64,000 nucleotides of DNA from an uncultured Gemmatimonadales bacterium (GTDB lineage Bacteria; Gemmatimonadota; Gemmatimonadetes; Gemmatimonadales; Gemmatimonadaceae), in assembly GCA_963851265.1 (NCBI GenBank), contig CAWKNZ010000007.1, positions 640,001 to 704,000 on the forward strand. Direction: 5' to 3'. Under the pieces are notes generated by a model. That model worked only from the letters and a program-made list of their open reading frames with translations. It was not told the DNA's origin and did not search any database. Every line of letters starts with the position of its first letter. The stretch's first letter is position 1. Both the position numbers and the translations under genes were made by a program. Of the stretch, positions 37,694-49,618 are shown piece by piece.

Positions 37694-38689
37694 ATGGTGT
37701 ACCCAGTCCCCCCGCCCGTGCCCGCCGTCCGTCTGTCCCGCGCGCGCGCCCACGTCGCGCTCGCCCCCCTCGCGGCCGTCGCGCTCGCGGCCGCCCCGCT
37801 CGCCTCGCACGCCCAAGGCTACACGTACACCTCGTTCAACGCGCCTGGGGCGCGGGAATTCACCGCTGGCAGCGGCATCAACGACGCCGGGCAGATTGTC
37901 GGGAACTACGACGGCGGCACGGGCAGCTTCCTCTACAGCGCGGGGACATTCAGCCCCGTCACCGCGCCCGGGGCGAGCTACACCTTCGCTACCGGCATCA
38001 ACGCGGCCGGGCAGATCGTCGGGTACTATGACGACGCGTCGTACCACACTCACGGCTTCCTCGACAACGCCGGGACGTTCAGCACCTTCGACGTGCCCGG
38101 GGCGAGCTACACCTTCGCCACCGGCATCAATGCGGCCGGGCAGATCGTCGGGTCCTACACCGACGCCACGGGCAACGATCACGGCTTCCTCGACAACGCC
38201 GGGACGTTCAGCACCTTCGACGTGCCCGGCGCGACGCGCGGCACCTACGCCTCTGCCATGAACGCGGCCGGGGAGATCGTCGGGTACTACCACGACGCCT
38301 CGGGCTACCACGCCTTCCTCGACAACGCCGGGACGTTCACCACCCTCGGCGCGCCCGGGGCGACCAACACCTACGCCTACGGCATCAACGCGGCCGGGCA
38401 GATCGTCGGGTCCTACACCGACGCCACGGGCACCCACGGCTTCCTCGACAACGCCGGGACGTTCACCACCCTCGACGCGCTCGGGGCATCCTCGACGCAA
38501 GCCTACGGAATCAACACAGCCGGGCAGATCGTCGGAACCTACTACTTGCCCTCGTCGTACCCCGGCCACGGTTTCGAGGCCACCCCGAACGTGCCCGCGA
38601 CGACGACGCCCGAGCCTGCCATACTCGCGCTCGTCGGCGCGGGGCTGCTCGCCGTCGGCGGCCTGGCCCGGCGCTCGCGCATCGGCTGA
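37694..38689 (+). CDS. PEP-CTERM surface protein with HAF-type extracellular repeats
   Basis: Signal peptide ending SHA-Q; repeats GINAAGQIVG...HGFL/HAFL; C-terminal TPEP + TM helix + RRSR. Confidence 0.85.
   Translation: MVYPVPPPVPAVRLSRARAHVALAPLAAVALAAAPLASHAQGYTYTSFNAPGAREFTAGSGINDAGQIVGNYDGGTGSFLYSAGTFSPVTAPGASYTFATGINAAGQIVGYYDDASYHTHGFLDNAGTFSTFDVPGASYTFATGINAAGQIVGSYTDATGNDHGFLDNAGTFSTFDVPGATRGTYASAMNAAGEIVGYYHDASGYHAFLDNAGTFTTLGAPGATNTYAYGINAAGQIVGSYTDATGTHGFLDNAGTFTTLDALGASSTQAYGINTAGQIVGTYYLPSSYPGHGFEATPNVPATTTPEPAILALVGAGLLAVGGLARRSRIG
37873..38540 (+). repeat. About 6 tandem coding repeats of roughly 120 bp
   Basis: Recurring ggcatcaacgcggccgggcagatcgtcggg and cacggcttcctcgacaacgccgggacgttca blocks. 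Confidence 0.85.
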
Positions 38690-38907
38690 GCGCCGGCAGA
38701 ACGTCGAAGGACCGAGTGGACGAGGGCGCATCGGCGTCCCCGTTCGGGGTCACGGGCGCCACTGCCCGTCTGCGAGGGCACACGGCGGTCGGCGGTGTGG
38801 CAATGGCGTGCGCGGGGGCTGCTTCCGACGTTCGTGGCCCGTGCGGCGGGGCGAGGCGCGACGGCGGCCGAACGCACGAACTGGCCGCGATCTTCGGATT
38901 CAGACCA

Positions 38908-40260
38908 CTAGCTCGTCCTGATCGCGACGACCACGTCCGCGACGTTCGTTCCGGTCGGAGCCGCGGGCAGCAGCGCGCCGGCCGCCCCGAGCGCGTCGGA
39001 GCTGCGGTGCGCGGCGAGGTCGGCGTCCGGGTCGCGGCCCGCCGCGCGCACACGCGCCCAGGTCGCGCCGTCGACCACCGCACCGGCCGCGTCGGTCGGG
39101 CCGTCGCGCCCGTCCGTGCCGGCGGCGAGCAGCGTCACCTCGCTCGCGTGCGGCGCGGCCGCATGGAGCGTGGCGGCGGCCGCGAGCGCGAATTCCTGCA
39201 TTCGACCGCCGCGAGCGTCCGGGGCTCCGCCGAGCGTGACGACCGGCTCGCCGCCCCAGACGTGCACCGTGTCGGGGGGACTCTCGAGCAGCACACCGGC
39301 GAGCGATCTGCCGAGCACGGCCGCCTCGCCCGCGAGCCAGTCGGCGTGGTCGATGACGGCATAGCCTAACGCGCGCGCCGCATCGGCCGCCGCGGCCCGG
39401 GCGTCGGCGTTGGCGCGCACGATCTGCAGCCGGACGCCCGCGAACGCCGGGTCGCCCGGCTTGGGCGTTTCGGCGCGCCACCTCTCGTCGGTCGCGTCGG
39501 CGACCGCCGCGACGGGCGGCGTGAGGTACCGCCGCACCGCGGGCGGGAGTGCCGGCCACACCGGGCCCGGCGCGAGCGTGTCGTGCAGCAGCGCCGCGGT
39601 CCACGGGTCGGGCGCGCACGGCCCCGAGCCGATCACGGCGGGCTCGTCGCCCGGAACGTCGCTCAGCATGAGGCAGAGGACGCGCGCGGGGGCGAGGGCC
39701 CGGGCGAGGCGCCCCGCGCCCCATCGACTCACGCGCTTGCGGACCGCGTTCACGACGTCGATCGGCACGCCGGCGCCGAGCAGGGTGCTGGACGTCGCGG
39801 CGACGTCGGCGGGCGTGAGCAGGGGGTCGACCGGCGCGCCGATCAGGCTCGACGTGCCGCCCGAGACGAGCACGAGGGCGAGGTCGAGCGGCCCGACGCG
39901 GGCAGCCGCGTCGCCGAGTGCGGCCGCGGCCGCGACCGAGCGGTCGCCGGGAATCGGATGGTCACCGACCACCACGCGCACGGCGGAGTTCGGCGGCGGG
40001 GCGTCACGGTGCGCGACCACGACGCCTCCGGCAACGTCCACGCCGCGCTCGGCGAGTGCGTCGACGGCGGCGCGGGCCATCTCGTGCGCGGCCTTGCCGA
40101 CGGCCAGCAGGTGCACGGCGTCGTCGCCCGTGAGGGCGTACGACGCGAGCGCGGCCGCGACCGCCGGGCCCGGTTGGGCGCCTGCGATCGCGGCCGCGTG
40201 GCAGGTCGAGAGGGCCGACCGTGCGCGCGACTCCGGAGAGATCGGCCGCGGGTCGGTCAC
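38908..40260 (-). CDS. Glycerate 2-kinase (DUF4147/MOFRL type), start uncertain
   Basis: GKAA.EMA, DHPIP, SGGTSSL, SDVPGD, GGE, GGRMQE, GTDGRDGPT, TGTNVAD. Confidence 0.85.
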   Translation of the reverse strand: MTDPRPISPESRARSALSTCHAAAIAGAQPGPAVAAALASYALTGDDAVHLLAVGKAAHEMARAAVDALAERGVDVAGGVVVAHRDAPPPNSAVRVVVGDHPIPGDRSVAAAAALGDAAARVGPLDLALVLVSGGTSSLIGAPVDPLLTPADVAATSSTLLGAGVPIDVVNAVRKRVSRWGAGRLARALAPARVLCLMLSDVPGDEPAVIGSGPCAPDPWTAALLHDTLAPGPVWPALPPAVRRYLTPPVAAVADATDERWRAETPKPGDPAFAGVRLQIVRANADARAAAADAARALGYAVIDHADWLAGEAAVLGRSLAGVLLESPPDTVHVWGGEPVVTLGGAPDARGGRMQEFALAAAATLHAAAPHASEVTLLAAGTDGRDGPTDAAGAVVDGATWARVRAAGRDPDADLAAHRSSDALGAAGALLPAAPTGTNVADVVVAIRTS

Positions 40261-40280
40261 CGCGTCGACGACCGGTCGCG

Positions 40281-40916
40281 TCAGCGCGACGCCATCATCA
40301 TCTGGTCGTGGATCTGCTTGATCCGGGCGAGATGGCGGACGACGGCCGGGCGCACCTGGTTCTGCAACATCGCCTTCTGGTCGGGGTCCGTCGCGAGCGG
40401 AATCAGGGAGGTGTCGAGCGTGTTGAGCGTGACGTCGTGCGACTCGATCTGCTGGAGCACGTACGCCTTGTCGAACTCCACGCCCTGCTTGCTCTGCAGC
40501 GAGTCGAGCGTCGGCTTCGCGTTCCGCTTGAGCTGGAGCGAGAGCGCGTTGTCCTCCTCGACCATCTTCTTCTTGTCGAGCATCGACCGGAGCTGCTGCT
40601 CGAGCATCGTGTGCTCGCTGACCATGTCGCGGGCGTACGCCTGGATCGCCGGATTCCGCGAATTCGTGAGCGCGAGGCGGCTGGGGTCGATCTCGTTGAT
40701 GTTCGAGATCGTCGCGACGGCCGCGATCTTGGCGGGGGTGAACATCTTCTCCGGCGAGTCGCCCGGGGCGAGCGTCAGCGGCGGAAGGCGATCGACGCCC
40801 CTGGAAGCCGCGGCGCCCTGCATGGCGGGCGTGGTGCCGCCGTTCTGTGCGAGCGCCGACCCTGCGGCGAGCCCGAGCGCGGAGAGAAGCGTGACGGAGG
40901 TGTTGACGAAACGCAT
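40281..40916 (-). CDS. DUF4142 domain secreted protein
   Basis: Signal peptide; NINEI, YARDMVSEH, FDKAY..QQIESH, VVRHL. Confidence 0.8.
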   Translation of the reverse strand: MRFVNTSVTLLSALGLAAGSALAQNGGTTPAMQGAAASRGVDRLPPLTLAPGDSPEKMFTPAKIAAVATISNINEIDPSRLALTNSRNPAIQAYARDMVSEHTMLEQQLRSMLDKKKMVEEDNALSLQLKRNAKPTLDSLQSKQGVEFDKAYVLQQIESHDVTLNTLDTSLIPLATDPDQKAMLQNQVRPAVVRHLARIKQIHDQMMMASR

Positions 40917-41059
40917 GATGTAGTCCCGGAAGAAACGTTGGTTCAGTGCCTATCGAGCGATTTGCGCACGGGCTAAGGCAAAATCGGTGCACATGTTGCG
41001 CGAACGCTGCGGTTTTCTCGCATCGGCTACGGGATCTGCTCGGGGCGTCGAGCGGGACC

Positions 41060-41121
41060 GTGGTGGGCGTCCTGTGGTGGGCGTCGTGGTGGGCGTCCTG
41101 TGGTGGGCGTCCTGTGGTGGG
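41060..41121. repeat. 14-bp tandem repeat (about 4.5 units, one unit 12 bp)
   Basis: GTGGTGGGCGTCCT units in a divergent intergenic region. Confidence 0.85.
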
Positions 41122-41286
41122 GTCACGGCACGACGCACCGGGGTGACGGTCCCGACACGACGGAGCGGCGTCACGGCGCCGTGCAGAGGCAGGCACGGAC
41201 GGGTGCGCGCGCCCGCGACGCGTGGCCCGCGCTATGCCACTAGCGGTGTCAGCAACCGAACCCGACGCTCCCGAGGATCCCCGACC

Positions 41287-41889
41287 ATGCAGCTCTCGTC
41301 CACCATTCGTTCGACGTCGCGTGTGCGCACCGCGTTCGCGCTGACCGCTCTCACCCTGGCTGCCGCGTGCGGCGGTCAGAGTTCCGATTCCGACCGCGCG
41401 CTGCGCAACGACCTGTCGCTCGCCGGCAAGCCGGGCGCGGCGCAGCAGGTGGTTTCGCCGCAGGAGATGACGCCAGCCGCTCCCGCCGCGGCCGCGCCGG
41501 TTCCCGCCGCGGGCGCCACCGGGGTGCCTGCCACGGCGTTGGCCGCGCCGGCGCCGGCCCCGGCACCTGCGCCCATCATCGATACGGTGTACCGCGACCG
41601 GCCGACGCACACGGCCTCGCACACGCGCGGGCACCACTCCTCGAATGCGGATTCGCGCAGCGGGCATTACAGCAACGGCGACGCGGTGGCGGCCGCGCCG
41701 GCGCCCGTGCCGACGGTACGGAAGAGTCACACGCAGCAGGGCGCGCTGATCGGCGGTGCCGCGGGCGCCGTGCTCGGTGCGGTGACGGGTGGCGGCATCA
41801 AGGGCGGGATCGTCGGAGGCCTCCTGGGCGCCGGCGCGGGCGCGGTGATCGGCAACAACACCGGCGTCAAGCACGTGCCGCAGCAGTAA
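41287..41889 (+). CDS. Lipoprotein with C-terminal glycine zipper (third paralog)
   Basis: AAAC lipobox, LRNDLSLA/VVSPQEM, GALIGGAAGAVLG. Confidence 0.75.
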   Translation: MQLSSTIRSTSRVRTAFALTALTLAAACGGQSSDSDRALRNDLSLAGKPGAAQQVVSPQEMTPAAPAAAAPVPAAGATGVPATALAAPAPAPAPAPIIDTVYRDRPTHTASHTRGHHSSNADSRSGHYSNGDAVAAAPAPVPTVRKSHTQQGALIGGAAGAVLGAVTGGGIKGGIVGGLLGAGAGAVIGNNTGVKHVPQQ

Positions 41890-41955
41890 CCGCGGCGAAC
41901 GTGGGCCGGCGCGCGCGGGGACAGCCCCGCGCGCGCCGCTCTATTTTTGTCGCCC

Positions 41956-43032
41956 ATGCCGTCCGCCTCTCGCGTCGCGCACGGGTCCGAGGGCCTCGCG
42001 GACGCCCGCCCCGACGACGCCAGCACCGCCGAACGCCGCGGCAGCCCGCGCCAGCCGTCGGCCGCGCCGCTCATGAGCTTCAGCCGCGCCCAGTGGGCGA
42101 AGCTGCGCGCCAACACGCCGCTCCCCCTGAGCGAAGCCGAGTTGCTCGGACTGCGGGGGCTGAACGAACCGATGTCGGTCGACGAGGTCGGGGAGGTGCT
42201 GCTCCCGCTCACGCGCCTCATCAACCTGTACGTCGTCGCCGCGCGCGAGTTGCTGCAGGTCAGCGACACGTTCCTCGGCCGCCCCTCGCTCGTGCCGCCG
42301 TTCGTGATCGGCGTCGCCGGGAGCGTCGCGGCGGGCAAGAGCACCGTCGCGCGCGTGCTCCGCGCCGTGCTCGCCCGGTGGCCCGCCCACCCGCGCGTGG
42401 ATCTCGTCACCACCGACGGATTTCTCTATCCCAACGCCGTGCTCGAGGCGCGTGGACTGATGCGCCGCAAGGGGTTTCCGGAGAGCTACGACGTCGGCCG
42501 GCTCCTCCGTTTCCTCAGCGAAGTGAAGGCGGGGGCGCCGGCGGTCGAGGCGCCCGTCTACTCCCACCTCGTCTACGACGTCGTCGCGGGCGAGCGCGCG
42601 GTGGTGCACCGCCCCGACATTCTGATCGTCGAGGGGATCAACGTGCTCCAGGCGCCCTCGCGCGCGCCCAACGACGGCGAGGCGCGCCCGCGGCAGGTCG
42701 TGAGCGACTTCTTCGACTTCTCGATCTATGTCGACGCCGCGGAGCCCGACCTGCGGCGGTGGTACGTGAATCGATTCCTCGCCCTGCGGGATACGGCGTT
42801 CCGCGATCCGCAGTCGTACTTCCACCGCTACGCGACGATGAGCACCGACGAGGCGACGGCGACGGCGGAGCGGATCTGGGAGGAGATCAACCTCGTCAAC
42901 CTCGTCGAGAACATCGAGGGGACGCGCGAGCGGGCGAGCGTCGTGCTGCGCAAGGGCCCGACGCACGCGGTGCAGGAGGTGCGGCTGAAGCGCACGGCGT
43001 TGGAGCCGGGCCCGGGGCGGCGGGAGCAGTAG
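41956..43032 (+). CDS. coaA: Type I pantothenate kinase
   Basis: [50 protein letters not shown]. Confidence 0.93.
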   Translation: MPSASRVAHGSEGLADARPDDASTAERRGSPRQPSAAPLMSFSRAQWAKLRANTPLPLSEAELLGLRGLNEPMSVDEVGEVLLPLTRLINLYVVAARELLQVSDTFLGRPSLVPPFVIGVAGSVAAGKSTVARVLRAVLARWPAHPRVDLVTTDGFLYPNAVLEARGLMRRKGFPESYDVGRLLRFLSEVKAGAPAVEAPVYSHLVYDVVAGERAVVHRPDILIVEGINVLQAPSRAPNDGEARPRQVVSDFFDFSIYVDAAEPDLRRWYVNRFLALRDTAFRDPQSYFHRYATMSTDEATATAERIWEEINLVNLVENIEGTRERASVVLRKGPTHAVQEVRLKRTALEPGPGRREQ

Positions 43033-43067
43033 CACCGACCAGTAGCACCGACCGGTAGCGCCGGCCT
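43029..43067. repeat. Degenerate 13-bp tandem triplication around the coaA stop codon
   Basis: GTAGCACCGACCA/GTAGCACCGACCG/GTAGCGCCGGCCT. Confidence 0.55.
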
Positions 43068-43079
43068 CCTACGACGCGA

Positions 43080-43113
43080 TCGGGGCGGCGGGCCACCCGG
43101 CCCGCCGCCCCGA
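43080..43113. terminator. 15-bp GC-rich stem-loop between convergent coaA and acnA
   Basis: TCGGGGCGGCGGGCC-accc-GGCCCGCCGCCCCGA. Confidence 0.65.
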
Positions 43114-43140
43114 CGTATGTGCCCGCGGCCCCGCGGCCGG

Positions 43141-45939
<2,799 letters not shown>

Positions 45940-46087
45940 GCGTAGCCCGGTGTCCGCGGCCGGCGGGTCCCTGCCCGCGTCGGGGCCGCGATGTTCTGGA
46001 CGGAGCCGCTGCGCGCACGTCGGAGGGCGCGCAGGCTACGTCAATGTATACGCCGTCTCCGGAGCGCCCGGGGTCGCCCGCGCCGAC

Positions 46088-47626
46088 CTACGGGTCGCGC
46101 GCGTCGGCGCTGTCAGGAGTCGCGCGCGGAAAAAAGAGGTGGAACGCCGTTCCCTCGCCCGCCAGGCTCTCGACCTCCACCCGCCCCCCCACGCCCGTGA
46201 CCACCCCGTACACGGTCGCGAGCCCCAGTCCGTATCCGTCGACCTTCGTCGTGAAGAACGGCTCGAAGAGGTGCGGGCGCACGTCGGGCGGAATGCCCAC
46301 GCCCGTGTCGCGCACGCTGAGCCGCACCTCGCCGTCGAGCGGGGCGGTCTCGACCGTGACCGTGCCGCCGTGCGGCAGCGCGTCGCGCGCGTTGGTCACG
46401 AGGTTGAGCAGCACCTGCTCCATCTGCGCCGGGTCCGCGGCCACCACGCCGGCGTCGGCGGCCAGCGCGGCTATCAAGGTCACGCGGGGCCCGGCGATCC
46501 GCCGCAGCAGGTCGGTCATGTTCTGCACGACCTCGTTCACCGCAACGGCGGTCCGGCGCGACTCCTGGTGCCGCGCGAACGTGAGCAGCTGCCGCGTGAG
46601 CGCGCGGCCCCGTCGCGCGGCGTCGGCCGCGTCGGCGAGATCCTCGTGCAGCGGGCTGTCGGGCGGGGTCGCCGCCGCGGCGGACTCGACCGCCATGAGC
46701 ATGACGCCGAGCAGGTTGTTGAAGTCGTGCGCCACGCCCGCCGCGAGGCGGCCGAGCGACTCCATCCGTTGCGCGCGGAGTCGCTCGGCGTCCGCCTGGC
46801 GGCGCTGGGTGACGTCGCGCCCGAAGCAGTGCACCGCGGGGCGTCCGTTGAGGCGCACGGCGGTCGACACGCCTTCGACGTCCACCCGCCGCCCGTCGGG
46901 CCAGCGGAAGCGGACGTCGTACGCGCGCACCGCGCCCTCGGGGCCCGCCTCGAGCTCCTCGAACATGCCGGCGTACGCCGCCTGGTCCTCCGGGTCGACG
47001 AACTCGGTCAGCGCGTGCCCTTCCACGTCGGCGGGCGTGAAGCCCGGTCCACGCATCGCCGCGCCCGCCGGGTTGATGAACTCGTACCGTCCGCCCACGC
47101 ACACGGCGACGCACTCCGGCAACCGTTCGACGAGCACGTGGTAGATCGTCTCGCCCTCGCGCAGTTTCTGCTCGGCCGCGCGGGCGTCCGTGACGTCCTG
47201 CGAGGTGGCGAAGACGCCGGCGACGACGCCGTCAACGACCACGGGCATCATGATCTCGCGCAGGTGCACCAGGCGGCCGTCGCGGTGTCGCATCACGCAC
47301 TCGCAGACGGACGCGCGACCGGCCATCGCCTCGCCGAACGAGTGCAGCGCCAGGCCGCGCGACTCGGGCGCCTCGAACTCCGTGATCGAACGGCCGCGCA
47401 CCTCCTCCAGGGTGTAGCCCAGCACGTCCGTCAGCCGCGCGTTCGCGCGCCGCACGGTGCCGTCGACGTCGAACTCCCACACGAGCTCGGGATTCCCGAC
47501 GAACAGCGCGGCGTCGAGCGCGGCGAGGTACGCGGCGTCCGCCGCCGCCGCAGCCGCCCCGTGCTCCCCGGGACTCGCCTGGAGAACCGCCCCGTCCGCG
47601 TCCGGCCCGGCGTCCATCTCCCGCAT
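46088..47626 (-). CDS. Cytoplasmic PAS-PAS sensor histidine kinase (no receiver domain)
   Basis: GGGAGG RBS; two PAS-like blocks; AHDFNN H-box, NLVTNARDA, DTGVG, FEPFFTTK, GLGL. Confidence 0.88.
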   Translation of the reverse strand: MREMDAGPDADGAVLQASPGEHGAAAAAADAAYLAALDAALFVGNPELVWEFDVDGTVRRANARLTDVLGYTLEEVRGRSITEFEAPESRGLALHSFGEAMAGRASVCECVMRHRDGRLVHLREIMMPVVVDGVVAGVFATSQDVTDARAAEQKLREGETIYHVLVERLPECVAVCVGGRYEFINPAGAAMRGPGFTPADVEGHALTEFVDPEDQAAYAGMFEELEAGPEGAVRAYDVRFRWPDGRRVDVEGVSTAVRLNGRPAVHCFGRDVTQRRQADAERLRAQRMESLGRLAAGVAHDFNNLLGVMLMAVESAAAATPPDSPLHEDLADAADAARRGRALTRQLLTFARHQESRRTAVAVNEVVQNMTDLLRRIAGPRVTLIAALAADAGVVAADPAQMEQVLLNLVTNARDALPHGGTVTVETAPLDGEVRLSVRDTGVGIPPDVRPHLFEPFFTTKVDGYGLGLATVYGVVTGVGGRVEVESLAGEGTAFHLFFPRATPDSADARDP

Positions 47627-47839
47627 GGTTCCTCCCGACGTGAGGCGGCACGACTCTCGCCCGTGCCGGCCGACTGCGCGCTGAAATGTCTGCTTCTCGT
47701 ACAAAAATCGTGATGCCCGACCAACGACCCGACGTGACACCCAACCATCATACGCCCGCCCGATCCCGGCCGCTGGCCCGGCGCGGGGCGCAGCGCGTCG
47801 CCAGCGCCCGCGTGCCGACCGCCGCCGCGGGTGTGCTCC

Positions 47840-48916
47840 ATGCCTAATGCCGCACACGGCGCGCCACACGCGCCCGAGTTAGACGTCGTGGACGTCGCTT
47901 TGCGTCTATTACGCGCCGAATCGACGAGCGGCGCGGAGGCGCCGGCGGTGGACGCGACCGAGGCGATGCTGCGCGAACGCGGGTGGCGCGTCACGCGCAT
48001 TCCCGTGAGCGAAGGCCGTGACGATATCTTCACGGAAGCGGACGACTTGCCGGCGGAGGTCGTGCTCTCGACACACCTCGACACGGTGCCGCCGTACATC
48101 CCGCCGCGCCTCGACGGCGGGCGGCTCTGGGGCCGCGGGGCGTGCGACGCGAAGGGCATCGCCGCGGCGATGATCTGCGCGGCCGAGCGGCTGCGCGCTG
48201 CCGGCGTTCCGGTCGGGCTGTTGTTCGTCGTCGGCGAGGAAACCGCACACGACGGCGCGCACGCGGCCGACTCGGCGCGCGCCGTCGTGGCGCCCCGCGC
48301 GCGCGCGCTCGTCAACGGCGAACCCACCGAGAGCACGCTCGCGACCGGGACCAAGGGCGCGCTGCGCTTCCGCCTGCGTACGATCGGGCGCGCGGCGCAC
48401 TCGGCCTACCCGCACCTCGGCGACTCCGCCACGCAGCGGCTCGCGCACCTGCTCGTCGAGCTCGAGGGCCTTCGCCTCCCGCACGACGCCGTGCTCGGCG
48501 CCACGACGGTGAACGTCGGCGGACTCGCGGGCGGCGTGGCAGACAACGTCATCGCGCCGTGGGCCGAGGCGCGCTGCATGGCGCGCCTGGTCACCGACGC
48601 CGACGAGGTGCGTGCCGCGCTGGACGCGTGGGTCGCGCCGCACGTCGAGGCGGGCCGCGTCGAGCTCGGCTACGGCAGCATGGTGCCGCCGGTGCGCCTC
48701 GCCACGGTACCGGGATTTCGCACCGGCGTCGTCGCCTTCGCGACGGACATCCCGGCGATGCCGAGCTGGGGCACCCCGTACCTGTTCGGGCCGGGGTCGA
48801 TCCACGTCGCGCACACCGACGGCGAGTACGTCGACGTGGACGAACTGCGCGCGGCGGTGGACGCGTACGTGCGGATCGCCGAAGCGGCGCTCGCCGCGTC
48901 GGCGGCTACCGGATGA
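47840..48916 (+). CDS. M20/M25/M40 family metallohydrolase (acetylornithine deacetylase-like)
   Basis: THLDTVPP, GRGACDAKG, GEE, GEPT, AHS, GPG...AH..GE. Confidence 0.85.
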   Translation: MPNAAHGAPHAPELDVVDVALRLLRAESTSGAEAPAVDATEAMLRERGWRVTRIPVSEGRDDIFTEADDLPAEVVLSTHLDTVPPYIPPRLDGGRLWGRGACDAKGIAAAMICAAERLRAAGVPVGLLFVVGEETAHDGAHAADSARAVVAPRARALVNGEPTESTLATGTKGALRFRLRTIGRAAHSAYPHLGDSATQRLAHLLVELEGLRLPHDAVLGATTVNVGGLAGGVADNVIAPWAEARCMARLVTDADEVRAALDAWVAPHVEAGRVELGYGSMVPPVRLATVPGFRTGVVAFATDIPAMPSWGTPYLFGPGSIHVAHTDGEYVDVDELRAAVDAYVRIAEAALAASAATG

Positions 48917-49358
48917 ACTGGTAGAGCCCGACGAGCCCGACCACCGCGCCGCCGATGGCGAGCGCGGTGCCGCCGGAGCCGCCGATCACGGCGCCGAGTA
49001 CGAGCGCGACGCCGCCGACGACCATGAGGGCGACCGGGCGGCCGGCGCGCGGGCCGTTCACCGGGACAGCGGTGGCCGAGACGTCGGCAGCCGACGTCGT
49101 GCGCGTCGCGCCGACGCGCGCGCCGTCGAGCGTTGGACCGGCTGGCGCCGTCGTCGTGGACGCGGGCAGAGCGGGCGCGGCGGTGCCGGCCGCGGCAGTA
49201 CCGGACGCGGCGGCGGTGGAGATCGAGGCGGCGGGGCTCGACACGGAATCGGCGGCCGTCTGGCCGAGCGCGAGGCGCGGCGCGAGAAGGGCAGTGGCGA
49301 AGGCGAGCGCGGCGGCCGCGACCTGGGCGGCGCGGCGCTGGGCTGTGCGACGTGGCAT
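48906..49358 (-). CDS. Hypothetical protein with signal peptide and C-terminal membrane hairpin
   Basis: Ala/Thr-rich linker then [18 protein letters not shown]...[14 protein letters not shown]. Confidence 0.6.
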   Translation of the reverse strand: MPRRTAQRRAAQVAAAALAFATALLAPRLALGQTAADSVSSPAASISTAAASGTAAAGTAAPALPASTTTAPAGPTLDGARVGATRTTSAADVSATAVPVNGPRAGRPVALMVVGGVALVLGAVIGGSGGTALAIGGAVVGLVGLYQFIR

Positions 49359-49618
49359 CGAATCAGGGTGAGGGTGCGGGGTGGGGTGGGCGGAAACGCG
49401 TCGGAAAGAACCGGGCCAGGGGGGATCCCGGAACCCCGCGGCCGGAACGGCACCGCGTACCGCGGTATTACTTACCCACGCCACGACACACGCCGAGCCG
49501 CCGGCCGGGGCTGCCCCTGGACGGAGGGGGCGACCCGCGCACGACGGCGCAGACGGCGTCGTTGCACTCCCGCTTGCCCCGCTGCCGCACGTTCCACTCT
49601 TCCACGTTCGAGGGCCGC

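Noticed and set aside
37873..41121. CRISPR array
   Set aside because: The repeats are either in-frame protein repeats or contiguous 14-bp tandem units without unique spacers; no cas genes.
38908..41874. 988-aa giant glycerate kinase fusion
   Set aside because: The N-terminal extension overlaps the DUF4142 and lipoprotein genes; recognisable kinase sequence begins near 40260.
46088..47626. Orphan histidine kinase as a novel signalling system
   Set aside because: Standard PAS-PAS-HisKA-HATPase architecture; orphan kinases are common.
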